Positions 27,183 to 36,572 of a DNA stretch of 41,287 nucleotides are shown here, one piece after another. Both the position numbers and the translations under genes were made by a program. The number at the start of each line of letters is the position of its first letter. The first letter of the stretch is position 1. The stretch lies in assembly GCA_029934055.1 (NCBI GenBank), contig JAOZMZ010000008.1, positions 1-41,287 of the forward strand, written 5' to 3'. The notes under the pieces were generated by a model. The model was not told the DNA's origin. It was given only the letters and a program-made list of their open reading frames with translations, and ran no database searches. This DNA comes from Kiritimatiellia bacterium (GTDB taxonomy: Bacteria; Verrucomicrobiota; Kiritimatiellia; B70-G9).

Positions 27183-27931
27183 GCGACGATGCTCCTGGGA
27201 TTTGGACGGCGTGGCGGCCGGCGGCGGAGGCCGGCTCTGAACCATAGTTTCCAGACTGTCAACAGGGCTTCGAAGACGATGGCGGAGTTCATTTTGGAGA
27301 CGCCGGAGCGGCGTTCTTCGAAGGTTATGGGGATTTCGGTGATGTGGAACCCGTTTATCCACGCGAAGTGACACATTTCGATCTGAAAAGCATAGCCGTT
27401 GGAGGTGATATGGTCGAGGCTGACGGCTTCGAGAATGTTGCGGCGGTAACACTTGTATCCGCCGGTCGGGTCGCTGAACGGCATGCCGGTGATCAGGCGT
27501 ACGTAGATCGCGGCCGCCTTGCTGAGGATGAGGCGGGCGAGCGGCCAGTTGATAATGCGGATGCCGCCGATATAGCGGGATCCGAGCACGAGATCGGCTT
27601 CGGCGGCCGCCGCGAGGAAACGCGGTATGTCGGCCGGGTCGTGAGAGAAATCGGCGTCCATTTCGAAAACGTAGTCGTAGGAACGTTCAAGGGCCCAGCG
27701 GAAACCGGCTACGTAGGCCGGGCCCAGCCCCCCCTTGTCGCGGCGATGGAGAACGTGGATCGCGGGGTGATCGGCGGCGAGCTCGTCGAGGATCACGCCG
27801 GTCCCATCGGGCGAATTGTCGTCTACAAAGAGGATGTGGACATGGGGCGCGTGCTGATGGACGGCGGCGGCGATTCCCCGCACGTTGTCTTTCTCGTTAT
27901 ACGTGGGAATGACAACCAGTGTATCTTCCAT
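27179..27931 (-). CDS. ppm1: Polyprenol-monophosphomannose synthase (DPM1/Ppm1-like GT2)
   Basis: VIPTYNE, VDDNSPDGTG, EMDADFSH, SNGYAFQIEM and RRSGVSKM motifs. Confidence 0.9.
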   Translation of the reverse strand: MEDTLVVIPTYNEKDNVRGIAAAVHQHAPHVHILFVDDNSPDGTGVILDELAADHPAIHVLHRRDKGGLGPAYVAGFRWALERSYDYVFEMDADFSHDPADIPRFLAAAAEADLVLGSRYIGGIRIINWPLARLILSKAAAIYVRLITGMPFSDPTGGYKCYRRNILEAVSLDHITSNGYAFQIEMCHFAWINGFHITEIPITFEERRSGVSKMNSAIVFEALLTVWKLWFRAGLRRRPPRRPNPRSIVA

Positions 27932-28086
27932 CGTCTTGTGAACTCCGGCCCGTTCGTCGTCCCCGGCCTCGGACCCCGCCGCCGGGGTGCAATTGCGATT
28001 GCATCCCTGAATTCACTTCACGCGACGGTAACCGTTGCGGGCGGGGCTTGCAAGGATTATGCGCGCCGCCGAAAATGTGCTGTGGA

Positions 28087-28115
28087 TTGCAATGGGGGCG
28101 TGGGCAAAGTATATT
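28087..28115 (+). promoter_or_regulatory. Putative sigma70 promoter of def (TTGCAA-17-TATATT)
   Basis: Near-consensus hexamers with a 17-bp spacer, about 30 nt before the start. Confidence 0.55.
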
Positions 28116-28146
28116 GCGGCGATGAATTTGAAGGAAGGGCCGGGTG

Positions 28147-28686
28147 ATGGAAATTCGCATATATGGTGATCCTGTCTTGAGGCGGCAGGCCGCTCCCGTA
28201 GAGAGTGTGGATTCGGCTGTGCGCGACATGGCCCGGGAGATGCTGGAGACGATGTACGCCAACCGGGGTATCGGACTGGCCGCCGAACAGGTCGGGGGTG
28301 AGCTGGCGGTGTGTGTGCTCGACGTGCCGGCGGATATGGATCGTGACACCGCCGGCCGCCGGCTGAACAAGGCGATCAAAATGCCGCTGGTGGTTATCAA
28401 TCCACACATCGAGGATATTTCGGACACCCAGGAGTCCGCCGAGGAGGGGTGTCTGAGTTTTCCGAACATATACGTAACCGTAGCGCGGCCTGCCATCGTA
28501 CGGGTGAGCTACGTGGATTTGAACGGCGCTGCGCGGGAAGTGGAGGCGCGTGGGCTGGTCGGACGGGCCCTGCAGCATGAGATTGATCATCTCAACGGGG
28601 TGCTTTTCATAGACCGCGTGCCGGCCTTGAAAAGACTGGCGTTGTCCGGCCGCCTGTGGCGCCTGCGGGCTGCCGGGCGGCGGTGA
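28147..28686 (+). CDS. def: Peptide deformylase
   Basis: GIGLAAEQVG, EGCLS and QHEIDHLNG motifs. Confidence 0.97.
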   Translation: MEIRIYGDPVLRRQAAPVESVDSAVRDMAREMLETMYANRGIGLAAEQVGGELAVCVLDVPADMDRDTAGRRLNKAIKMPLVVINPHIEDISDTQESAEEGCLSFPNIYVTVARPAIVRVSYVDLNGAAREVEARGLVGRALQHEIDHLNGVLFIDRVPALKRLALSGRLWRLRAAGRR

Positions 28687-28715
28687 ATCGGCGCGGGTAG
28701 CTGCGGAAGTGAGGG

Positions 28716-29588
28716 TCAGAAGGAGGAGGGCGGGCCGGGGGGTGGAGGAGAGAGCGCCTCGTTGGTTTCCGTGGGAGGACTATCTGCAGAGTGGACCGCT
28801 TCCGTGGCCGCGGCGAGAGATCGGCGCTGGAGGAATTCGCGGGCGAGTTGGCGGTAGGCGGCGGCGCCGGTACAGCGCCGGTCGTAAGCGATCACGGGTT
28901 TACCGAAGCTCGGGGCTTCACTGAGGCGCACCGTGCGCGGTATGAGGGTTTCGAAGACCTTGTCACCGAAATGGGTGACGACCTCGCTGACGACCTGCTG
29001 GGAAAGATTCGTGCGTGTGTCGTACATGGTCATCACGATGCCTTCCAGCTCGAGGCCGCTGTTGGCGCCGCCGGCGCTGATACGTTGTACGAGCCCGAGC
29101 ATGACGCTGAGGCCTTCCAAGGCGTAGTATTCGCACTGCATGGGAATGAGAATCGAATCGGCGGCGGCCAGGGCGTTCATGGTGAGGATTCCGAGGGAGG
29201 GAGGGCAGTCCACGAAGATGTAATCATAGTTTCCCGTTTCGGCGAGAGGCTCGAGGGCGCGGCGGAGCCGGTGGAGATAATCGTTCGTGCGGGCGATATC
29301 GACTTCGGCGCCGGCGAGATCGACTTCGGCCGGAATGATATCCAAGCGCCGTATTCCCGTGGGCCGCACACATTCGGCGGCCGGCCGTTCGCCCAGCAGG
29401 GGCGCATAGATGCTGGCCCCGGGGGCTTTTTCGAGGCCCAATCCACTGGTGGCGTTCGCCTGGGGATCGAGGTCTACCAGAAGGATGCGCCGGCGCCGTT
29501 CGGCGAGACAGGCGGAGAGGTTGACTGCGGTGGTGGTCTTGCCGACCCCGCCCTTCTGGTTTGCGACGGCTATGATACGTGTCTGCAC
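28716..29588 (-). CDS. parA: ParA/Soj family ATPase
   Basis: NQKGGVGKTT, DLDPQANAT, DCPPSLG, QCEYYALEG and LSEAPSFG motifs. Confidence 0.95.
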   Translation of the reverse strand: MQTRIIAVANQKGGVGKTTTAVNLSACLAERRRRILLVDLDPQANATSGLGLEKAPGASIYAPLLGERPAAECVRPTGIRRLDIIPAEVDLAGAEVDIARTNDYLHRLRRALEPLAETGNYDYIFVDCPPSLGILTMNALAAADSILIPMQCEYYALEGLSVMLGLVQRISAGGANSGLELEGIVMTMYDTRTNLSQQVVSEVVTHFGDKVFETLIPRTVRLSEAPSFGKPVIAYDRRCTGAAAYRQLAREFLQRRSLAAATEAVHSADSPPTETNEALSPPPPGPPSSF

Positions 29589-29650
29589 CGCGTTCTCTTG
29601 GTTTTCCGCTTATAGGGTACGTTGAGAGCCGCCGCCCGCTCAAGTCATTA

Positions 29651-30733
29651 TCATTCCGACTCCCCGCCGGATGACGGCGAAGTGTCGCCGGGATGGTTGT
29701 CTTCTATGCGGCTGATTTCATCGCTGATGCGTCCGAGTCGCTTCTCGGCCTCGGTGTATTTCTTGATGGAATTCTCGAGATGTTGCCCGACGAGCCGGAA
29801 AGGTTCCTCGAAGGCCAACAGATCGCGGCGCAGGCGCGCGAGCTGGTTGATGATCTGGCGGGCGCTTTCTTCCACCCGCATGCCTTTCAGGCCGAGGAGG
29901 ACGGTTTGGAGGTAGGCATAGAGGTTGTTGGGAGAGACGGGGATGACGCGTTTGGCGAGGGCATACGCGAATATCGAGCCGCCGGAGGATTCATCTTCGC
30001 GGATGATGGTTTCGTAGTAGACGTTTTCGGCGGGGATATACATCAGGGCGAAATCGAAGGTGCCTTCGTCGGTACGGATGTATTTGGAAGAGATGGTGTC
30101 GATATGACTGCGGACGTCGCGCATGAATTGCCGTCGCGCGGCGGCGCGCTGGGATTCGTCGCCGGCCTGAATGACGCGACGGAAGTTTTCGAGGGGGAAC
30201 TTGGCATCCACGGGAACCATGCCGTCGCGCAGAATGATGACGGCGTCCACGGTTTGGCCGTCCTTGAAGGAGTACTGGGTGTGGAAATGCTCCGCGGGGA
30301 GGATCTGGGAGAGGAGGTCGTTGAGGAAGAGTTCCCCCATAGCGCCGCGGAGCTTGGGGGCCCGGAGGATATCGTGCAGGCCGGCGACGTCCCGGCCGAC
30401 TTCGAGAACGCGGCGGGTGGCCTCGTCGAGTTGTCCAAGCTGGCGGTTGAGGTTCTGGATCACGCGCCCGGCGTTGTCGAGGCGGTCGCCGATGGTTTTC
30501 TGGCTGTCGCCGAGGGTGCGCAGCATCTGGGAGTTGACCTGCTGGACGGAGTCGCGCAGGTTCTGCATTTCGCGGCCCATGCGGTCGGCGAGGTCATTGA
30601 TCCGGTTTTGAACCAGGAGCAACGCCTGTTCTTGGGAGGATGACTGTTGCCGCCGGATGAGGCTGCGGCGCAGCCACAGAGCCGCGACGGCCGCCGCTGC
30701 GATGGCGGCGATGATCAGCGCAATGGTGTTCAT
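29651..30733 (-). CDS. rmuC: DNA recombination protein RmuC
   Basis: N-terminal TM, coiled coil, KLRGAMGE, VDAKFP, KYI and FALMYIPAE motifs. Start ATG 30733 (or TTG 30745). Confidence 0.93.
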   Translation of the reverse strand: MNTIALIIAAIAAAAVAALWLRRSLIRRQQSSSQEQALLLVQNRINDLADRMGREMQNLRDSVQQVNSQMLRTLGDSQKTIGDRLDNAGRVIQNLNRQLGQLDEATRRVLEVGRDVAGLHDILRAPKLRGAMGELFLNDLLSQILPAEHFHTQYSFKDGQTVDAVIILRDGMVPVDAKFPLENFRRVIQAGDESQRAAARRQFMRDVRSHIDTISSKYIRTDEGTFDFALMYIPAENVYYETIIREDESSGGSIFAYALAKRVIPVSPNNLYAYLQTVLLGLKGMRVEESARQIINQLARLRRDLLAFEEPFRLVGQHLENSIKKYTEAEKRLGRISDEISRIEDNHPGDTSPSSGGESE

Positions 30734-30752
30734 TATTTCCGGCAAACGACCT

Positions 30753-31595
30753 TCAGCGTACGAGCATCACGGGAATCTCGCTTTTGGCCACGAGGCGCAT
30801 GGTATTGCTGCCGAGAATCATTTCACGGATCCGGCTGTGTCCGTAGGCGCCGACGACGACCAGATCGCAGGCGTTGGCCTCTGCTGCGGCGAGGATGGCG
30901 TCCGCGGGAGGGCCGTCGCCGATAATGGCCTTGACCGAGCAGCCGTGATCGGCGGCGAGGGTCACGGCTTCCCCGGAAATATCGGTGGGATCCTTCCCGG
31001 TGCTTTCGTCACGCACGGTCAGGACGATCAATTCGATGTTCAGGGCCACGGCGGTTTCGGCTGCTTCGCGGAGTGCCTGGCCGGCGTGGGGACTGCCGTC
31101 GTAGGCGGCGAGCAGGCGCTTGATCGGGTGATGTTCGCGTGGAGTGACCAGGCACGGTTTCACGGAGTGGCGTACGATGCGTTCGGTGCTGGAACCCATC
31201 AGTTCGCCGATGAGATCGGCATCTTCTCCCTTGCGCCCGAGGACGAGCAACTCGGCGCGGGATTCTTCCTCGAGGATCACGCTGGGGGGATGGCCCATTT
31301 TGAGGAGAGTCTCGACCTGGAGATCTTGGCTTGCGCAGCGTTCGTGGAAGGCGTTGATCACGGCTTCGCCCTTTTTTTCCATCAGCTCGCGGAACTGTTT
31401 GAGTTGGGCGCCGTAGGGCTGGGCCCCGATCCAACCGGAAAGGTCGGCCATAAAGGGGCCTTCCAACATGCGGGAGTCGAGCACGTGCAGGCCGGTGAGG
31501 CGCGCCTTGAGGCGCCGGGCGAGTTCGATGGCGTAATCGCAGGCGGCGTCGCCGTAGGTGGACCCGTCGGTGCAGACCATGATGCTTTTTATCAT
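30753..31595 (-). CDS. Universal stress protein (tandem USP domains)
   Basis: MIKSIMVCTDGS, GSSTERIVR, AYDGS and GAYGHSRIREMILGS motifs. The ORF-track extension to 32759 is an ftsK shadow. Confidence 0.93.
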   Translation of the reverse strand: MIKSIMVCTDGSTYGDAACDYAIELARRLKARLTGLHVLDSRMLEGPFMADLSGWIGAQPYGAQLKQFRELMEKKGEAVINAFHERCASQDLQVETLLKMGHPPSVILEEESRAELLVLGRKGEDADLIGELMGSSTERIVRHSVKPCLVTPREHHPIKRLLAAYDGSPHAGQALREAAETAVALNIELIVLTVRDESTGKDPTDISGEAVTLAADHGCSVKAIIGDGPPADAILAAAEANACDLVVVGAYGHSRIREMILGSNTMRLVAKSEIPVMLVR

Positions 31596-31740
31596 CTTGT
31601 CGTTTTTCCTTTCGCTGTGAGGGGTTCTCGTCTCTCCGGAGTAATGGTGGCGATGCGGGCGGGTTTTGTCCAGATCGCAATGGGGGGCGTGGGTGCGGGG
31701 GGGCTTGCGCCGGGACGGGCGGGGGATGTATTCTCGGCGC

Positions 31741-34110
31741 ATGGCGCTGAAAAAGGAAGTAGCTCGGTCCGGCCGGCGGGAGTTGCTGGGCCTGGTATTG
31801 ACGGCCGTATCGGTCCTGATGCTGTTGAGCATGATTTCGTACGATGCGGGAGATATCGGCCTGATTCGCACTCCGCGCAATGATCCGTTGCTGAATTTCA
31901 TCGGACCGGCGGGGGCCTGGTTCGCCTTCATATCGTTCATGGCGTTCGGGGTGGCGGGATACCTGTTGCCGGTGGTGGCCGCCGTTCTTGGGCTGCTGTT
32001 GCTCCTGCGGCGGCATGAGGGTGTCCGCGCGCAGGCGCTGGCGCTGGGGGCGGTGATGCTGGGGGTGATCTGCATGACCGAGCTGCAGCCCGACTTGTGG
32101 GCGGCGGTGATAGGGCGGCTGAACATTCCGGTCCCGGGCGGTATGTTGGGATACCTGGTGGGGGACGGACTGCTGAGGAAGTACATAGGCGACGTGGGCA
32201 CGGCGATCGTCTGTGCGGGGCTGATCATCGGGGGGTTGGTGGTTCTTTTCGACGTGGCTCCGCTGGCGCTGTTGGTGCGCGGGGCGGAATTGATGGGGGC
32301 GGCCACGGGGCTGGTCCGCGGATGGGTGGCCCGCCGGCGTGACCGCCGCGAGGAAATCGAGCGTGAGGAGCGGCGGCTCGAGCGCGAACGGCGCCGCCTG
32401 GAACGTTCCATGCGGCGTGATGAGGCCCGCGAAGCGGCCTTACTGAGGGCCCGCCGCCGGGTGGTGGAGGGGCCGGTGGAAAAATCGCCGGCGCCCGTGA
32501 AGGAGGAGGAACACCCGGAAGAGAAGGTGAAGGTCTCCCGGCGTAGGCCTCGTAGTGCAAGGAATCGCGCCAAGGGGATGCGCTTCAAGAGTGAGGTGCC
32601 GCCCGTGCCGGGTGGAGTGTTCCGGACGCCGCCGCTGGACATTCTCGATGAGCCGCCGGAGGGTGCCGGCGGGCGTTTGGTGAAGGGGGACGTGCAGGCC
32701 GGTGCCCGTATACTCAAGGAGACGCTGGCGGAATTCGGAATAGAGGCTGATGTGACCAACGTCGAGCGTGGTCCGGTGGTGACCCGTTACGAGGTTTTAC
32801 CGGCACCCGGAGTGCGCGTGGAGCGCATCGGCACCTTGAGCAACAATCTCGCCCTGGCGATGAAAGCCGAGAGTATCCGTATTCAGGCTCCCGTTCCCGG
32901 GAAAGGGGTGGTGGGAGTGGAGGTGCCCAATCCGAAGACCAGTCTGGTCTACCTGCGCGAGATTCTGGAGAGTCGCCGCTGGGCCGAGTCGGGTGCGCTG
33001 CTGCCGCTGGCGATCGGCAAGGATGTGAGTGGTAAGGAGATTGTGGCCGACTTGACGGAGATGCCGCATCTCTTGGTGGCCGGCGCCACGGGTTCGGGCA
33101 AAACGGTGTGCATGAATTCGTTGATTGCGGGATTGCTGATGAGCCGCACGCCGGATCAGATGCGCCTGATGTTGATAGACCCCAAGATTGTCGAGTTTTC
33201 TTCCTACAACGGGCTGCCGCACCTGATCGTGCCGGTCATCACCGACGCACGCAAGGTGGTTTTCGGGTTGCGGTGGGCCATCAACGAAATGGAGAAGCGC
33301 TACAAGCTGTTTGCGCGGGTGGGGGTGCGCAATATTCATTCCTACAACCGCCGCCCGTTGATGAAACAGGAAGAACTTTTCGATTCCGGCGCAGAGGGAG
33401 ACTCCGAGGAGAAGATCCCCGACCGCCTGCCGTACATCGTCATCGTCGTGGATGAGCTGGCGGACCTGATGCTGGTGGCGCAGAGCGACATCGAGAACGC
33501 GATTGCGCGCCTGGCACAGCTTTCGCGGGCGGTTGGGATTCACATGATCATCGCCACGCAACGGCCGTCCGTGAATGTGATCACGGGGACGATCAAGGCC
33601 AACTTCCCGGCGCGGATCGCCTTCCAGGTCGCGCAGAAGGTTGACAGCCGCACGATTCTGGATGCCAACGGCGCCGACAAGCTGCTCGGCAAGGGGGACA
33701 TGCTTTTCCTGCCGCCGGGAACCAGCAAACTCGTGCGGGCTCAGGGGACGCTTACCAGCGAGGAGGAGCTGCGGAGGGTGATCGAGTTTTACCGTCAGCA
33801 GGGCGCGCCGAATTATGAAGCAAGTATCAAGCAGAAACTTGAGAGCCGGGGGGCTCCCATGGAGGAAGGCGAAGACGAGGAACTTATCGAACGCGCCCTG
33901 GAGGTCATACGCCAGACCAGGCGTGCTTCGACTTCATCGTTGCAGCGGCGGTTGCGGATCGGCTACACCCGGGCTGCGCGGATAATGGATATTCTCGAGC
34001 AGCGGGGTGTCGTCGGTCCGCAGCATGGTTCCGACCCGCGTGAGATTCTGGTGGACCTGGATGCTTCGATTCCGCAGAATGAACGGGCGATGGAGAAGGA
34101 CGAAGATTGA
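31741..34110 (+). CDS. ftsK: DNA translocase FtsK
   Basis: 4TM N-terminal domain, HLLVAGATGSGKT, DELADLM, ATQRPSV and gamma domain LQRRLRIGYTRAARIMD. Start uncertain (31666-31741). Confidence 0.97.
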   Translation: MALKKEVARSGRRELLGLVLTAVSVLMLLSMISYDAGDIGLIRTPRNDPLLNFIGPAGAWFAFISFMAFGVAGYLLPVVAAVLGLLLLLRRHEGVRAQALALGAVMLGVICMTELQPDLWAAVIGRLNIPVPGGMLGYLVGDGLLRKYIGDVGTAIVCAGLIIGGLVVLFDVAPLALLVRGAELMGAATGLVRGWVARRRDRREEIEREERRLERERRRLERSMRRDEAREAALLRARRRVVEGPVEKSPAPVKEEEHPEEKVKVSRRRPRSARNRAKGMRFKSEVPPVPGGVFRTPPLDILDEPPEGAGGRLVKGDVQAGARILKETLAEFGIEADVTNVERGPVVTRYEVLPAPGVRVERIGTLSNNLALAMKAESIRIQAPVPGKGVVGVEVPNPKTSLVYLREILESRRWAESGALLPLAIGKDVSGKEIVADLTEMPHLLVAGATGSGKTVCMNSLIAGLLMSRTPDQMRLMLIDPKIVEFSSYNGLPHLIVPVITDARKVVFGLRWAINEMEKRYKLFARVGVRNIHSYNRRPLMKQEELFDSGAEGDSEEKIPDRLPYIVIVVDELADLMLVAQSDIENAIARLAQLSRAVGIHMIIATQRPSVNVITGTIKANFPARIAFQVAQKVDSRTILDANGADKLLGKGDMLFLPPGTSKLVRAQGTLTSEEELRRVIEFYRQQGAPNYEASIKQKLESRGAPMEEGEDEELIERALEVIRQTRRASTSSLQRRLRIGYTRAARIMDILEQRGVVGPQHGSDPREILVDLDASIPQNERAMEKDED

Positions 34111-34111
34111 A

Positions 34112-34660
34112 ATGGAGAGCATTGGAGAGATGCTGAAAACCGCGCGGGAGGCCAAAGGGGTGAGCACCTCCGAGGCGGCCAAGGGGACGCGGATCAAGGT
34201 CCAGCACATCGAGGCCATGGAGCGCGATGACTTTGATGTGATTCCGGCGGTTGCCTACGCCAAGGGATTCATCAAGATTTACGCCGAGTACCTGGGCCTC
34301 GACCCGCAGCCTCTTGTGCGGCGTTTCATGGAGGAACATGCGCCCAAGGAGCGGCCGCCGTTGGTGCCGGAAGAGACCCGGCGGGGAGATCCCGGGGCGA
34401 CCGCCGCCAAGGCCTTGGAAAACATGCGCAAGTGGCTTCAGAGTTTCGGGCCGGCGCGGCGGCGGCGGGCGGGCTATGGGGTGGCCTTGGGGGTCGTCGG
34501 GGGGGTGTTACTGGTTGTGGTGGCCGTGCGCTGTCTGCGGGAGGACAATCCCGCGCCGGGTGAGGGCGGCGCGGCGGTTGTAGCGGAAGGCGTCAGCGGC
34601 GAGATCGTGGCCGAGCCGCCGCTACCGTACCTGCCGGTCGAGACGGATGCCGGGCGATGA
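34112..34660 (+). CDS. rodZ: RodZ-like HTH membrane protein (short)
   Basis: IGEMLKTAREAKG..TRIK..IEAME..YAKGFIKIYAEYLGLD, a basic juxtamembrane patch and one TM. Position between ftsK and pgsA. Confidence 0.85.
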   Translation: MESIGEMLKTAREAKGVSTSEAAKGTRIKVQHIEAMERDDFDVIPAVAYAKGFIKIYAEYLGLDPQPLVRRFMEEHAPKERPPLVPEETRRGDPGATAAKALENMRKWLQSFGPARRRRAGYGVALGVVGGVLLVVVAVRCLREDNPAPGEGGAAVVAEGVSGEIVAEPPLPYLPVETDAGR

Positions 34661-34691
34661 CTGCGGTGGATCCGCGGAGAGCAGGGCAGAG

Positions 34692-35279
34692 ATGAATCTT
34701 CCCAATAGTTTGACGGTAAGCCGCCTTTTTCTGGCGGGGTTGATGATGCTTTTTCTCAGCGTGTCGTGGCCGCTGTCGAAGAGCGCGGCATTGCTGATCT
34801 TCATCATTGCGGCGCTGACCGACTATTTCGACGGATACCTGGCGCGGAACGTTTACGGGGTTACCTCATTCGGTCGCCTGATGGACCCGTTGACGGACAA
34901 AATCCTGGTCTGCGCGGCGTTCGTCAGTTTTGTTGAGTTGAAGCTGCTGCCGGCATGGATCGTGGTGGTGATCATTTCGCGGGAATTTCTGGTGACCGGA
35001 TTGCGCCTGCTGGCCGCCAGCAGGGGGCGCGTCATCGCGGCGGGGCGTTGGGGCAAGCACAAGACCGTCTGGCAGATAGTGGCGATTGTGACGATTCTGC
35101 TGGGACTGGCGATACAGCACGATGTGCTTGCGCGGACGGCCTGGGAGCGTATCGAAGATTACCGCCTGGGATTCGGAGTGATCGCTTACGGGATCGGGCT
35201 GGCGGTGGCGCTGATAACCGCGGCGACGGGCGGCATGTACTTCCTTGAGCACCGCGAAATCATCCGCGGCCACCTGTAA
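34692..35279 (+). CDS. pgsA: CDP-diacylglycerol--glycerol-3-phosphate 3-phosphatidyltransferase
   Basis: MNLPNSLT, TDYFDGYLAR..TSFGRLMDPLTDK and GKHKT motifs. Confidence 0.96.
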   Translation: MNLPNSLTVSRLFLAGLMMLFLSVSWPLSKSAALLIFIIAALTDYFDGYLARNVYGVTSFGRLMDPLTDKILVCAAFVSFVELKLLPAWIVVVIISREFLVTGLRLLAASRGRVIAAGRWGKHKTVWQIVAIVTILLGLAIQHDVLARTAWERIEDYRLGFGVIAYGIGLAVALITAATGGMYFLEHREIIRGHL

Positions 35280-35289
35280 AGTGGTGCGC

Positions 35290-35319
35290 TTGACCGGTTC
35301 GGCGGCCTGCGGCTAGACT
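35290..35319 (+). promoter_or_regulatory. Putative promoter for exbB-exbD-TPR (TTGACC-18-TAGACT)
   Basis: Hexamers in the 66-nt intergenic gap after pgsA. Confidence 0.5.
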
Positions 35320-35345
35320 GCCCGCGGCTTGGGGCTGACTCGGAA

Positions 35346-36122
35346 ATGGAGGCGAAGATGAAGAGCAAGGTGATCATGGCGGCGGCGGCCGTGGCCTTCG
35401 GCACGGCGGCTTGGGGGCAGACGGCGGTTTCCACCGGTGCGGTAAGCGCGGTACGGCAGAGCATGACGATGCGCGAAATCATAGCCACGGGAGGCTGGTT
35501 GATGTACGTGCTGGGGGCCATGTCGGTGATCGGCCTGGCGCTCGTAGTGTATTTTCTCTTTGTTCTGCGGCGCGAGCGCGTAGCCCCGCGGGAACTCATC
35601 ATGGATCTGCACAGGAGTTTGTCGGCCGGGCGCCTGGACGAGGCGGCGGCGGTCTGCGAACGGAATTCGTGTCCGGCGGCGTCCGTAGCGGCGGCGGCCC
35701 TGGACTATGCCCGGCGCGCCGACGATGTTTCCGCGGAAGTCCTGCGGGAGGTGATCGAAGGCGAAGGCAGCCGGCAGGCGTCGTTGATAAACAGCCAGAC
35801 ACAGTATCTTCTCGACATTGCGGTAATCGCTCCGATGGTCGGCCTGTTGGGCACGGTGCTGGGAATGTTGCGGGCTTTCAACACCGTGGCGCTGGATATC
35901 GCCAAGGCCAAGCCGATGTTGCTGGCCGCGGGCGTGTCGCAGGCACTGGTGACCACCGCCGCGGGGCTGATTGTGGGAATACCGGCGATGATCTTCTACG
36001 CCTATTTCCGGGGACGTTCCGCCAGGTTGGTGGGTGATCTCGAGGCGCTGGGGGCCGATTTGATGACTTTCCTTCTGCGGCGTCGCGGCGGAGGAGAGGA
36101 TTTGGAAGTGGTGGGGGTGTAA
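35346..36122 (+). CDS. MotA/TolQ/ExbB proton channel protein
   Basis: APMVGLLGTVLGM and GVSQALVTTAAGLIVGIP motifs; N-terminal signal-like segment. Start may be 35358. Confidence 0.95.
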   Translation: MEAKMKSKVIMAAAAVAFGTAAWGQTAVSTGAVSAVRQSMTMREIIATGGWLMYVLGAMSVIGLALVVYFLFVLRRERVAPRELIMDLHRSLSAGRLDEAAAVCERNSCPAASVAAAALDYARRADDVSAEVLREVIEGEGSRQASLINSQTQYLLDIAVIAPMVGLLGTVLGMLRAFNTVALDIAKAKPMLLAAGVSQALVTTAAGLIVGIPAMIFYAYFRGRSARLVGDLEALGADLMTFLLRRRGGGEDLEVVGV

Positions 36123-36123
36123 G

Positions 36124-36540
36124 ATGAACTTCCGCGGACGCGTCTCACAGCCGCAGGTCGGATTTCAATTGGCGCCGATGATTGATATTGTTTTTCTGCT
36201 GCTTTGTTTTTTCGTGACCAGCCAGCTTTTTTCGCAGTGGGAAACCGAGATGGACATAACCCTGCCGACGGCGCGCAGCGGTCGGATCGCGCAGCGTCTG
36301 CCGGGCGAGATAATCATCAACATCACGCGGGCCGGAGACACGATCATCAACGAGCGCCGCCTCGGCCGGGATGAGCTGGCGAAAGTTCTGGAACGGCTGG
36401 CGCAGATGTTTCCCGGTCAGCCGGTGCTGGTTCGGGCCGACAGGCTCACGCCCTATGAGCATGTGATCCGCGTACTCGACATGTGTCGGCGGGCGGATAT
36501 CTGGAATATTTCCTTCGCCACGGCGGTACCTCGGGATTGA
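36124..36540 (+). CDS. ExbD/TolR biopolymer transporter
   Basis: LAPMIDIVFLLLCFF, LP.A and VLVRAD motifs. Confidence 0.95.
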   Translation: MNFRGRVSQPQVGFQLAPMIDIVFLLLCFFVTSQLFSQWETEMDITLPTARSGRIAQRLPGEIIINITRAGDTIINERRLGRDELAKVLERLAQMFPGQPVLVRADRLTPYEHVIRVLDMCRRADIWNISFATAVPRD

Positions 36541-36572
36541 AGACGGCGTTTTTTTTCGGACTGGAGCGGAGC

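Noticed and set aside
31596-32759. Apparent 668-aa USP fusion protein
   Set aside because: The upstream part is the antisense of ftsK; the real USP starts at 31595.
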